Positions 43,451 through 56,981 of a DNA stretch of 64,000 nt are shown here, piece after piece. The translations under genes and the position numbers were made by a program. The stretch comes from Octopus vulgaris (lineage: Eukaryota). The DNA is taken from assembly GCA_951406725.2 (NCBI GenBank), contig OX597814.1, forward strand, positions 13,206,001 to 13,270,000, in the 5' to 3' direction. Position 1 is the first letter of the stretch, and every line of letters starts with the position of its first letter. Under the pieces are notes generated by a model. The model was not told where the DNA came from. It ran no database searches and saw nothing but the letters and a program-made list of their open reading frames with translations.

Positions 43451-45513
43451 TTCACTATAGAAGGTATTTTGAAAAGAGGGAGATAAAGTATATATAAACG
43501 GAAATATGAAAATATAAAAAAAAATTAAAATATGAAAATAAAAATACATGTTGGATGTTAAAGTTGTTGTTTCGTTATCCAAGGAATGTGCTGTGTAGAA
43601 TGGGTAAAGAGGTTTCTTGTCCATGGTGTGTAAATTCCAATAGGAGTTCATATATTGTTATTTCAAATGGATAGTGTGCAGATATTAATTCCATCAGCTA
43701 TTCATTCAAAAGTATCCTCTAGTGTAAATGAAGATTTGAGAAGATACTGGTAGTAGGAAGTAGATAGAGAGATGACAATAGATAAAAATATTAGAACTGA
43801 AAATGAACTGCTAAAAATAACAGCTAAATGTCTGGAATATCTCAGTCTTTTGAGTGCACGTGAGCAACAATTGCTACTGTTTATGTGAATGAACAGAGAA
43901 AGTAAACAAAAATGTTTTATATACCTGTCATTGTTTTCGCTTTAAGTTGTAAGCGATTATGATAGAAACAAACATGATATTGAATAATTCACAGTCATAC
44001 GTCTACGACTCCACCTTTTTTTCTTTAAAGTAAAAATAAATACTTTTAATTGTGATAATGAAACAGGGAATTTTGTGCTTACCACCAAAATTAATTTCTC
44101 TTCCAAAAGAGAGGGCGGAATTTTCTCTCTTTTTCAATAATTAATTAGAAGAGGGGATATGTTGTTACTAAAAACGTTAAATCTTTACGAATTTGATCGG
44201 TTTGTCACTGAACCAGTATTTTAATTTCATTTGATGGATATATATACTTTCCTATCATTTATATAGAGAATTGCAAAAGTGGCATGTAAAAAATTATTTA
44301 AATGCAATTTTTATGAGTGCATTTCTGTAAATATTTTGTACGCACTACCCCCTACCCACACCTACACATATACGCACACAGATACACATGGATGAAGTCC
44401 AATTTTGGAAGTATGTTAATTTTTTTATTATTATTTTGTAATAAAAAACACAAACATAGTTGGTGAGATAGTGACTAGTAGTATTTGTGGGAATTAATCC
44501 AATGAATTGACAACTAGATGTTTAAGAAGTACTGTTCTTAAACAAAAGTTCTTTGTACGGTCCTGTCACGCGCGCATTAACACCAAAACCTTCACAGAAA
44601 GGTTGGTTGCTGATAAACATAATGTGACTGCATAGACATTTGCTAAATATTTACAATAATACTATACTCGTTATATGCCGACCCTAACTAAACCTTCAAT
44701 TCATTTAGAGCTGGGGCGTTGCTAATCTCTTTTAAGCATTCCGTTTGCAGGAGGCCTCCATGAAGTACCGGAATTACTATAATGTAAAACTTAAAATTCG
44801 ATCTTACAAACATCTTATGTAATTTTCAGAAGAAAATAAACCGTAGGCTTTCTAAATAACGAAAGGTCTTCATGCGGAGGCACGCCAGGTGAAAACTCTT
44901 ATTACGTTGGTATAAGTCATTCATTCATTCGGTCATTTAGACAACATACACTGTAGGATATTTTTCAATTTATACGGTAAACTTTAAAATTATTAAAGTT
45001 CAATATTCCCGTGACATAATTTAGACATCGACAAGAGTTATTCAAATAATTGTTCATGGAATGGACCTAATAATATTAGCTAGAGTACACTCGATAATTC
45101 ATATTTAAATCCAGTGAACCTATTTCTAACTGGATAGAGACTAGAAAATGTTATATCTTGATAAGCTTCCATTACATATTTTGGATATTTTGGGAACAAC
45201 TCGATTTATAAACACTTGATATTTCACATTTAAATCCTATGTGGGCATTTATTTTTGGATACAAATTTAAATGTATTATATGTTGATAACGTACATTACC
45301 TGTCTTTAATATTCATGGAGCAACTCAACTTATCACTGGATATTTCTATTGTAAATCAGATGTGAGCAATTATACCCTCGATAGAGATTTTAAAATATTG
45401 CATGCTGATAATTAACATTACATACTAGATGGTAAAGGGTGGGGGCGACGCCTCACCTGCCAGAAAATATATATATACACACATATATATGCATACATAC
45501 ATACACACACGGA

Positions 45514-45576
45514 CGCCCAAGATGCCATGCAGTGGGACTGAACCCGGAACCATGTGGTTGGTAAGCAAGCTACTTC
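45514..45576 (-). mobile_element. SINE family A head fragment
   Basis: gcccaagatgccatgcagtgggactgaacccggaaccatgtggttggtaagcaagctactt. Confidence 0.85.
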
Positions 45577-45604
45577 TATATATATGTATATGTATATATA
45601 CATA

Positions 45605-45650
<46 letters not shown>

Positions 45651-46169
45651 GGTGGTTGGTAAGCAAGCTACTTACATATGTATATATATATACTGTAAAG
45701 GAAATAGGGAGTGTGAACACAGAAATCAATATATTTATATAATAGTCAATTTCACGTCGCCTACGTACGTTTCATTTTCTCACCTTCATTAATATTTTTC
45801 CATTATCATTGCTCTATGAATTTAAAAGGTAGAAATCTCTTCAAACGAAATTTACATATATTTATTTACATCCTAATGAAAGGAGTGTTCATTGCATACT
45901 AAATAGCAGCATGTGTATGTGTGTCCGTTTGTGTCAGCACGTGTGTCGTTGGATTCCGTTCTAAAAATAGCTAGACGTTAAACTACGATTATGGAGGACA
46001 ATGGCTATTTGCAACTCTGAAGAACTACGCCATACCACATTTCCCCCTTTATGGAATTTATTTCGTGTTATTTAGAGGCCCACTTACTTTCGAAAAAGAA
46101 TTGTAATTTAAGCATGAGTGAAATCAACATAATTCTAGCAGTTAGGAAGACAAGTATAAAATTTGATAT

Positions 46170-47200
46170 CAAATATTGGGTGGGAAGGGCACTAGTAATA
46201 GCATTGACATTACAATAGGATCTGCTGACTCAGAAAATATCATAAATTTAGTGAGAGTATATATATTATTTAACTTGGGTAAGGAGTTTCCGTTGCTCCG
46301 AGGCAATCTATGCAGGGATGATGCACTTTTTACAATTGATAACCTACCTAATAACAGATTATGCATCCATAAGGAATATATAAGGAATATAGGCATATAT
46401 AATATAAAAATTCTTCAAGACATATAGCCATCCATCACTATCGAAAGCGAACGTAATTCACTCAATTTCTTGGACGTTAACCTTAATATAGAAACAGTAA
46501 CCACCCAAGACGCATTACACATAGATTAGTTGAAAATATATCAAAAACATTTCTAATCTTTCGATCGATAAGTAAAGTTTTACTGAAGGTTGACTATTAC
46601 AACTTAACACTAAGTAAGGCAGGATATCTGCAGAAATTAAAATACGTTAGACCAAACGAAAAATCTAATTGTAAGAACTATAAGCATTAAGCAAGATACA
46701 AACAAGAATTATAATAGTATGGACGAAACGTAAATTTTAATATGAACTACACACAAAATGGAATTCACAATAGTGAGGTGAAAATAGAGGAAAACATACA
46801 TAAGAATAACATATTTACAGCTGAAATTCCATATAAAATGGATAACATTAATTTAAGAATAAACACCAAGAAACAAATAGAAGGCATAAATAAAACAAAA
46901 CACCTATAACAAGGATAGAAACAGTGAGAAACTAAAGATTATTCAATAGATACGAGGCCAAAAACAAAATACTTAATAATGAAAATTGTGACTACTTAAA
47001 TGAAAACCTAAATAGGATAGGAAATAACAAACGGGTATCAATTGGGAACCATAAGAGTAATATTCATAACAATTCTATAAACCATTACGCCCCATGTCTA
47101 AATATAATTAACTTCCAGACAAATTACTCTAAAAAGAAATTATTATGAAAATAATATGCTATGGTTCATAATAGCATTTGTGTTTCTGTCAAACTACATT
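46170..47200 (+). mobile_element. Penelope-like reverse transcriptase remnant
   Basis: IDITIGSADSENIINLVRVYILFNL...GNLCRDDALF (cf. DVTMGSYDGAE.CELVG.YIL..GLYRDD) and ITIES...LNFLDVNLN; later NNMLWF. Confidence 0.75.
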
Positions 47201-48553
47201 TTCATTAAATTTTCTCATTTCCCATAGAACTATATTCAGCAATATTTCAGTGTATATCATTTCCAATTCGTCTTTCATCGATACAATGGTCGTAAGAACA
47301 TTCCTTAAATCAAACATTTTAAAGGCTTTACTTACGTAACTGGTATTATCTCTTTTAACGAGATCGATACACATATTCTATAGAAAGATAACGCATGACT
47401 AATATATACTGGTCGGTGTGTAGAAAATTCCGCAAATATAACTGCAATATAAACATTCGTTACTTTTAAAAACATAAAATTATTTATAAAACAGGTTCGA
47501 ACATATTATGGCAAAAAAAAAAATTAATGGAAACAGAATAAAAAATGGAAAATGAATACTTTTTGTCTTAATATATATGAACATTTTATTTTTGAAGATA
47601 CTGAAATGAAAAGTGAGGAAACTGGGATTGACATTATTCATGATATAAAGATATAGATATAAAATCATAACAGAACTTTTTACAGCCATAAGAATAGTAA
47701 TAAAAGATTTATATACTAAATATGAAATTCAGCTACAAGCAATTATCAATAGTTACGAGTTCAGAGAAATAAAAACTGTGAAACATTTTGGTAAACTTTT
47801 AGGAAATACGACTTTCTGGCAAAAATAAAATCGAGATTTAAAGAACATGTTTCAACCATTCATGCAAGCATAGAAATATTAAATTAAGTATAACGAAATA
47901 GCAAATGTCAGATAAAACATGCAGTTTGTTATTTGTAGAAATGAGGATGTTTGTACAAAGCTAACTAATGAAAATAACCGTGCTAATGAAAACGAGAACG
48001 ATGCAGTAACGAAGTGGAAATCAGTAATAACGTCGTCGTTACCGCTGTCATCATCAATCATCATCAATCATCCTCATCATCATCATCATCATCATCATCA
48101 TCGCTGGTAGATCTTTCCCAGAAATTTGCATTTTTTTTTTTTGGTATTTTTTAAAACGTATTAAATTACTTTCATATATTTTATATTTATAATTTAAATG
48201 ATGAACAAATTTTTACGTCCAATATTGGCGCATAACGGTGACTCTTTTGCAAGACAAAAAGAAAATTTCTGGTGGTGATTTATCGATATTAAATGTGTTG
48301 AAAAATTAAATGGAAACAATCTTATATTTGTATTTTTAATTAATAAATAAGATTTACGATTAGAATAATTTTCCAGCGTTGTAGGATTGTATTGAATATA
48401 AAATGTATAAATGCAGACTTACATACCTACACATATAGTCATTTACATGAATACCTGCGTGCATAGATTTACACATATAAAAGTCTATCTGTCTATATAC
48501 ATATATACTAACACAAACCTCTCTCTCAGTGCGCATACAAACACACACACACA

Positions 48554-48593
<40 letters not shown>

Positions 48594-48594
<1 letters not shown>

Positions 48595-49632
48595 TTAAAA
48601 TAACACAGGGTAGCAAAAGTTTTAGAAATGTTTCTACTAGTGGCTTACCATGTATAAATAGTCAATAGACAACATATTTTCCATATAAAGTTAGTGTACA
48701 TTTAAACGCAAAAAGAGATGACCCTTAGCAGACCGCCTTACATTCTGGAAGGTGAAGTCAAAGAGTTCAAAACCACATTTAAGAGCAATTTCCAAGGGAA
48801 TGAAAAATAAACAAAATTTACCATGTTTTTTTACAGCCAGACGAGGTTTCGAAATTTAATTAGCAAATAAAATAATTTGGTAGGCGAAGTTCTCATCAGT
48901 GGGTTTGCCAAACATTAGCACATAATTTAAACACAGAATAACACGCGTCTCATTATTATATATTATAAGTTTTCAAATTCACGGCGCAAGCGCAGTTTCA
49001 GTCGGCAGCAGATAAAAAAATGCCGACTGGGTCACCTGATTTTTGTGTTTAAATGTACACAAATTTTATATGGAAAAATTTTTTTTCTATTCACTTTTTA
49101 TACATGCTAGGCCTCTGGTAGAAAGATTTCTAAAAATGTTGTGTTTAAATGTACACAAATTTTATATGGAAAAATTTTTTTTCTATTCACTTTTTATACA
49201 TGCTAGGCCTCTGGTAGAAAGATTTCTAAAAATGTTGCTACCCTATATTATTTTAAGAATATGATTTTAGTTATTTCGGAAGTTAGTAGGCATTTTAAAA
49301 AATTTCCTGCCGACTGAAACTGCGCTTGCGCGGTGAATTTGAAAGATTATAATATATAATGAGGAGACATATGTTATTGAGTCTCTAAATTATATATTAA
49401 AGTTTGGCGTACCCATTGATGAGAACGTCGCCTAGCAAATTATTTTATTTGCTAATTTAAGTTCGAAATGTAGGTCTGTCTGTAAAAAACATGGTAAAAG
49501 TTTTTATTCTTCATTCCCTTGGAAATTCTCTTAAATGTGGTTTTGGACGTTTCGACTGCTCTTTCTAGCATGTAAGGTGGCCTGTTAACGGTCATCTCCT
49601 TTTGTGTTTAAATGTACACTGATTTTATATGG

Positions 49633-49636
<4 letters not shown>
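48594..49636. mobile_element. Foldback element with a 463-bp permuted monomer and a hammerhead in each orientation
   Basis: 48594-48712 is the inverse of 49139-49257, and 48677-49030 is the inverse of 49283-49636. ttgtgtttaaatgtacac occurs at 49043, 49139 and 49602 (a 96-bp exact tandem, then a 463-bp period). Flanked by (TA)n. Confidence 0.85.
48837..48902 (-). ncRNA. Type I hammerhead motif
   Basis: cca-CTGATGA-gaactt...aatttc-GAAAC-CTC-GTC-tgg. A decayed sister copy lies at 49413-49479 (+): cca-TTGATGA-gaac..gttc-GAAAT-gtag-GTC. Confidence 0.78.
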
Positions 49637-49685
<49 letters not shown>

Positions 49686-50558
49686 ATTGATGCCATATTA
49701 AACGGAAAAATTAAAAATGCATTATTAATAATAATCGATAAAAGGTAATTATATTTAGTGACCGTATACAGAGGTGCGAATCGAAATTAGCGTGTTTATT
49801 GCTCGATATTTTAAGTAAAACGGCACAAGAAATTAATAATTTATGTGATCTCTCAATTAATGTGTTCATTTTGACAGTTTGCCATAAACTATAAGGTAGG
49901 GCTTAATTGGTTTTGTTTCTAAAAAAAGAAAAACCATCGGAAACTATATTTAATTCTCTTTATATATACCAAATTAAAAATGTATTTTATAAAAATATTG
50001 CAAGAATTATCTCATATTTCTAAGTTATATTTATGACTAAGTCACTGTAAATATAATTAAAGATTATATAGAAATAAAATTGGAAGAACAGCATATAGTA
50101 TAGATACAACACAAATTGTATTATGGAAAAGAAGGCTACTATTAAAAGTGTCGTGAATATTTACTTAGAAACACTGGTTAAGATGTATAATATAAATACT
50201 GTAAGAGGGGATGAGTGCCAATTGATTTGTCATCTGAAATACCAAACAATATCTACCTAAAAAGAAAGGAAGAATCTTGTAATTATAATTATAAACATCG
50301 AACGTATTTTTCAGATATTTAGATAACCATATGACCTAACAATGTACGATTAAAAAATAGGCAAACGAAATCAGTCAAGAAAACAACTGAAAGCCCAGAA
50401 TCTGACGACTTACCCAACATATCTTAATTATCATGACTTGATACGCTGCTCATATATACCTAGAAAACTGACCTTGTATTACGTACTCGGAAAAATACGC
50501 AGACCACGTAACCGTCCGCAAAGATTGTGAATAAATCGGAAATACAGGTTTTAGTGGA

Positions 50559-50940
50559 TGGCAGCACTCCATCGGTTACGACGACGAGGGTTCCGGTTGA
50601 TCCGATCAACGTAACAGCCTGCTCGTGAAATTAACGTGTAAGTGGCTGAGCACTCCACAGACACGTGAACCTTTAACGTAGTTCTCGGGGATATTCAGCG
50701 TGAGACAGAGAGTGACAAGGCCGGCCCTTTGAAATACAGGTACAACAGAAACAGGAAGTAAGAGTGTGAGAAAGTTGTGGTGAAAGAGTACAGCAGGGAT
50801 CACCACCATCCCTGCCGGAACCTCGTGGAGCTTTAGGTGTTTTCGCTCAATAAACACTCACAACGCCCGGTCTGGGAATCGAAACCGCGATCCTACGACC
50901 GCGAGTTCGCTGCCCTAACCACTGGCCCATTGCGCCTCCA
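50559..50940 (-). mobile_element. tRNA-derived SINE family B with ~12-bp TSD (acagg(t/g)tttagt)
   Basis: Near-identical to 32965-33350; TSD at ~50544 and ~50942. Confidence 0.92.
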
Positions 50941-52301
50941 CACAGGGTTTAGTAATGCCTGAGGCATTCAGGTGGAGTGATCCGAAGTTGCTCAGCACAA
51001 GCTCTTAATTTCATGACAGTGGAACAAATGTATAAAAGTATAAAATTTGTAGTGTAAATGTCAAATATATTTATACTGTCTAGCTTCATCAAAGGTAAAT
51101 CTAAATCCTTTCTTCAAAACTGATTCATTTTTGGCTCACTGTGGCAATAAACTTAGTTCAGAATCTGAGAAACTATGAGATTAAACGTTCTTTTCGGATT
51201 TTAACTGCTGCTTAAAACATGCAAAAAGATGTCATTAATAGGTGCATACTTTTAAAAATATATTTTAAGTTACTTACTTAGTATATGAATCAAAATTTTA
51301 GAATTACGTTCTATTCTTCAGTGATATCTTTTAAACTGTTAAAATCGAATTCATCAATAACTTGAAAATTTGAATCCCTCAGATAACTGTTTCTTCACTT
51401 TAAATGCTCAATATATCTGTTTGAGGTTCAGTTGGCTTGCACAGAGCGACTTCCCGCCCCCAAAAGGAAGGACTGTGTAATACGAATTTGTTGTGACAAA
51501 ATCAACAACCTATCTCAATCCACTACTGTGCGTTAGTGAATTACATTTTCTCGGGCAATCGAAGGACGCTCTGATATTATGGAGTCAAGTAATAGGGACA
51601 AATGCCATAATTCGAAGCCCTCATAATCCGTGACGTAACTGAAAGCAAAATATTTATACTGCGCTAGGGCTCCTGTATTCTGATTTTCGACAACCGCATT
51701 TCGTGACTGTGCCTCCAACATAATAGGAATTTTCAACCCCAAAGAAAATATTACTAATATTAATAATACCCAAAGAAAAATTACTGAATTAATGTGCATC
51801 ACTGTTTAATCATTAAGCGACCTTCACTCTCCTCCAGTCCTGTACATTAATCAGCGGTTGATGACCCTGAACCATAATAAAAGAATACCTTTGCTTAGAT
51901 TTTAAACACCTTCAAATATAGATAAAAGAAATGAAGTACGCTTTGAAGTTTGCTATATTGAACTCTGTATTATACCTCGAAAATGGATCGCATCAAATAA
52001 CTGTGGTTCTCTGAGATTGCTTGGCCTTCCAGACCTAATGATAATTTCACCTGTGACTTGTGGGGCTATTTCATGCCATTTCGCGAATGATATCCTGTAA
52101 CAGGCTCAAGATTTATGTCAAGCTTCCCGATCCTATTATTTAGTATAACGTGCCAGGTTTAAGGTAATGTAAAATATATGATGTTGTGGTGACAATTGTC
52201 TATATTATAGAATGCATTATATATTTCTAAAGTTATATAAGAAATAGTAAAATGAAAAATCAATGTAAAAAAATAAAAGCAATATATTTTACACACACAT
52301 A

Positions 52302-52709
52302 GGCGCAAGAGTGGCTGTGTGGTAAGTAGCTTGCTTACCAACCACATGGTTCCGGGTTCAGTCCCCACGCGTGGCACCTTGCGCAAGTGTCTTCTACTAT
52401 AGCCTCGGGCCGACCAACGCCTTGTGAGTGGATTTGGTAGACGCAAACTGAAAGAAGCCCGTCGTATATATGTATATATATATGTGTGTGTATTTGTGTG
52501 CCTGTGTTTGTCCCCCTCAACATCGCTTGACAACCGATGCTGATGTGTTTACGTCCCTGTAACCTAGCGGTTCGGCAAAAGAAACTGATAGAATAAGGAC
52601 TAGGCTTACAAAGAATAAGTGATGGGGTCGATTTCCTCGACTAAAGGGTGTGCTCCAGCATGGCCGCAGTCAAATGACTGAAACCAGTAAAAGAATAAAA
52701 CGTAAAAGA

Positions 52710-52710
<1 letters not shown>
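52302..52710 (+). mobile_element. tRNA-derived SINE family A, full length
   Basis: Same head, body and tail as the 15295 copy. Confidence 0.92.
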
Positions 52711-52784
<74 letters not shown>

Positions 52785-52871
52785 TATTAGAGACAAAACC
52801 ACTATTTTGCAAAACAAACAAGGAAAGACTTAATCAATACATAAAATTTTAATAAATAGTCAAAAAAACCG

Positions 52872-52914
52872 CCACTACAATCGTTTCTTGTCTTGATCGA
52901 CAATCTTCAGGTGG
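52872..52914 (-). ncRNA. Type I minimal hammerhead ribozyme, intact core
   Basis: Exact reverse complement of 61744-61786. Confidence 0.9.
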
Positions 52915-53501
52915 ACTTCAATCTAAAATATCAATATTTTAAAATATACAAATAATAATTTTAAAATAATTAAAGTATGAATGAAAAAATATAAATATAT
53001 AATCCATATATAACCTATATATAATCCATATATAATCAATATATAAACAATATATAAACTAAAATAAACCTATCAACAAATAAATATAAAATATAAAATA
53101 TAAAATATATAACAAAACAAAAAATAATAATAATATAATAATAAACTATATATACACCCATACACATATACCTAATTATATATAACCATATCTAACTACA
53201 TACACTAAACCACACACCTATATATATATCCCTATACATACACATAAAAACGTCTAGGCAACTATAAATAAATAAAATAGCTAAATACTTCAACACAATA
53301 CTTATTCATACTCCCACACACACACACATACAACCCACATTCACGCTCTAGAAAACGGACATCACTCAAAATTATGAACGGAGAAATGGAATAAATGGAA
53401 TTAAAAATTATATTCACTTGGTAAAACGAACACTACTTAAAAATTATGAATGAAACAATGCAATAAAACAACAGACATCGCAAATATACACAAATTACTA
53501 C

Positions 53502-56500
53502 GAATTCCTTAACAAACCTACCATGATAAACCAAAACTCACAAAAACATATAATGATAAAATCTCCCTTTACTAAACTCTATAACATACCTATATAGCAA
53601 TCCCCCTAACCTAAACATTCACACACAAATACACACACGTAAACCACACACCCACGACATATACAAATACCCACACCACTTACACATACCAATACATACA
53701 TATAAACCTCAACATATACTCCAAAAACCCACTCAACCCCACACAGACAAATAAACACAAAAATTATGAATGGATTCTTTTATAAAACTACCATGATAAG
53801 CTAAAACTCACAAAACAGAAATGATAAAACCTCCCTTTACTAAACACTATAACATACTTATATAGCAATCCCTTTAACCTATACATTCACACACAAAAAC
53901 ACACATGTAAACCACACACCCATAACAAATACAAACACCCACCCCACTCACACACACCCACAAGTACATATAAGCCTCAACATATACACGAACAAAATTA
54001 CTTTACCAAGGAACTTAACATATGTATAAAAAGTATAACCGCTCCGGAAACGAACATCTCTAAATTAATGAATGGAGAAATGGAATAAATGGAATTAAAA
54101 ATAATATTCACGTGGCAAAACGAACACCACTCAAAAATTATGAATGAAACAATGCAATAAAACAACCAACATCGAAAATAGACAAATTACCACGAATTCC
54201 CTAAAAAAACCATGATAAACCAAAACTCTTAAAAACATATAACGATAAAATCTCCCTTTGCTAAACTCTATAACAAACCTATATAGCAATCCCCCTAACC
54301 TAAACATTCACACACAAATACACACACGTAAACCACAGACCCACGACTTATACACATACCTATACTAACTTATAAACCTCAATATACACCAAAATCCACT
54401 CCCTCCACACACAGACAAATTAACACATACATCCCAAAACCTAAATAACAAACCCATATACACATTCACACACAAACACACACACAGGCAAAACACACAC
54501 ACACAACAGATACATATACTCCCTCACATATACGCATATACATACTCACTAAACTCGATATATACAACAATATTTACACACCCACACTCATACAGATAAA
54601 TAAATTATACAACTAAAAACTCACACACAATCTCATATACATAAACACTCCTATGAAAACAACATTAAATACATCGTAATTAACCAGAATATCAAAAATA
54701 ACAATATGACATAAGGATAAATAAAATACATACTTACAAGTCAGTTTCAAATTATAAAGTGAAATTAAATTCTTAGCCGTTAAAAAAATCAAACCAAAAT
54801 TACGTTACCATAGAAATAACTTATGTAAAAAAAGAATACGCGTCATGGAAAGTAAACGTCATTTAAAATTATGAATGGAGAAAAAGAATAAATGGAACTA
54901 AAAATTATATACACGTGGCAAACCAACACTACTTAAAAAAATTTATTATGAATGGATTCTTTAAAAAACTACCATGAAAAATCATTATATACATTTATGA
55001 GCTTTAGCTCACCTTAGCAGCTCTAACAAACAACTTGCAGCAACCCAAACCTATTCTCGATGCCTACCTCACTACTACACTATTCCACTCACAATTCCAA
55101 GCAACGCTAGTCCACCACCCGGTTACAATTCCCAACTCCACCCATTCATTCACAATTTCAACGACGTTCGCCTCCACAGCGCTACATATAAGCCTCAACA
55201 TATACACCGGAGATTCACATCCGTGCGAATGGGTGAGAGTAATTCCTTAACAAACCTACCAAGATAAACCAAAACTCACAAAACATATAATGATAAAATC
55301 TCCCTTTACTAAACTCTATAACATACCTATATAGCAATCCCCCTAACCTAAACATTCACACACAAATACACACACGTAAACCACACACCCACGACATATA
55401 CAGATACCCACACCACTTACACATACCAATACATACATATAAACCTCAACATATACTCCAAAACCCACTCAACCCCACACATACAAATAAACACAAAAAT
55501 TATGAATGGATTCTTTTATAAAACTACCATGATAAGCTAAAACTCACAAAACAGAAATAATAAAACCTCCCTTTACTAAACACTATAACATACTTATATA
55601 GCAATCCCTTTAACCTATACATTCACACACAAAAACACACACGTAAACCACACACCCATAACAAATACAAACACCCACCCCACTCACACACACCCACAAG
55701 TACAAATAAGCCTCAACATATACACCAAACAAAATTACTTTACCAAGGAACTTAACATATGTATAAAAAATATAACCGCTCTGGAAACGAACATCTCTAA
55801 ATTAATGAATGGAGAAATGGAATAAATGGAATTAAAAATAATATTCACGTGGCAAAACGAACACCACTCAAAAATTATGAATGAAACAATGTAATAAAAC
55901 AACCAACATCGAAAATAGACAAATTACCACGAATTCCCTAAAAAAACCATGATAAACCAAATCTCTTAAAACCTATAACGATAAAATCTCCCTTTGCTAA
56001 ACTCTATAACAAACCTATATAGCAATCCCCCTAACCTAAACATTCACACACAAATACACACACTTAAACCACAGACCCACGACTTATACACATACCTATA
56101 CTAACTTATAAACCTCAATATACACCAAAACCCACTCCCTCACCACACAGACAAATTAACACATACATCCCAAAACCTAAATAACAAACCCATATACACA
56201 TTCACACACAAACACACACACACGCAAAACACACACACACAACAGATACATATACTCCCTCACATATACGCATATACATACTCACTAAACTCGATATATA
56301 CAACAATATTTACACACCCACACTCATACAGATAAATAAATTATACAACTAAAAACTCACACACAATCTCATATACATAAACACTCCTATGAAAACAACA
56401 TTAAATACATCGTAATTAACCAGAATATCAAAAATAACAATATGACATAAGGATAAATAAAAAACATACTTACAAGTCAGTTTCAAATTATGAAGTGAAA

Positions 56501-56981
56501 TTAAATTCTTAGCCGTTAAAAAAATCAAACCAAAATTACGTTACCATAGAAATAACTTATGTAAAAAAAGAATACGCGCCATGGAAAGTAAACGTCATTT
56601 AAAATTATGAATGGAGAAAAAGAATAAATGGAACTAAAAACTATATCCACGTGGCAAACCAACACTACTTAAAAAAATTTATTATGAATGGATTCTTTAA
56701 AAAAACTACCATGAAAAATCATTATATACATTTATGAGCTTTAGCTCACCTTAGCAGCTCTAACAAACAACTTGCAGCAACCCAACCCATTCTCAATGCC
56801 TACCTCACTACTACACTATTCCACTCACAATTCCAAGCAACGCTAGTCCACCACCCGGTTACAATTCCCAAATCCACCCATTCATTCACAATTTCAACGA
56901 CGTTCGCCTCCACAGCGCTACATATAAGCCTCAACATATACACCGGAGATTCACTTACACATCCGTGCGGATGGGTGAGAG
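53502..56981 (+). repeat. Two tandem copies of a ~1.74-kb unit, itself built from ~190-240-bp subrepeats; mirrored in the right arm
   Basis: aattccttaacaaacctacc at ~53503 and 55241. The subrepeat ctccctttactaaactctataac...tagcaatccc occurs three times per unit. Confidence 0.93.

Noticed and set aside
53502-56981. CRISPR-like or telomere-like array
   Set aside because: Eukaryotic context, long diverged subrepeats without unique spacers, and no TTAGGG arrays.
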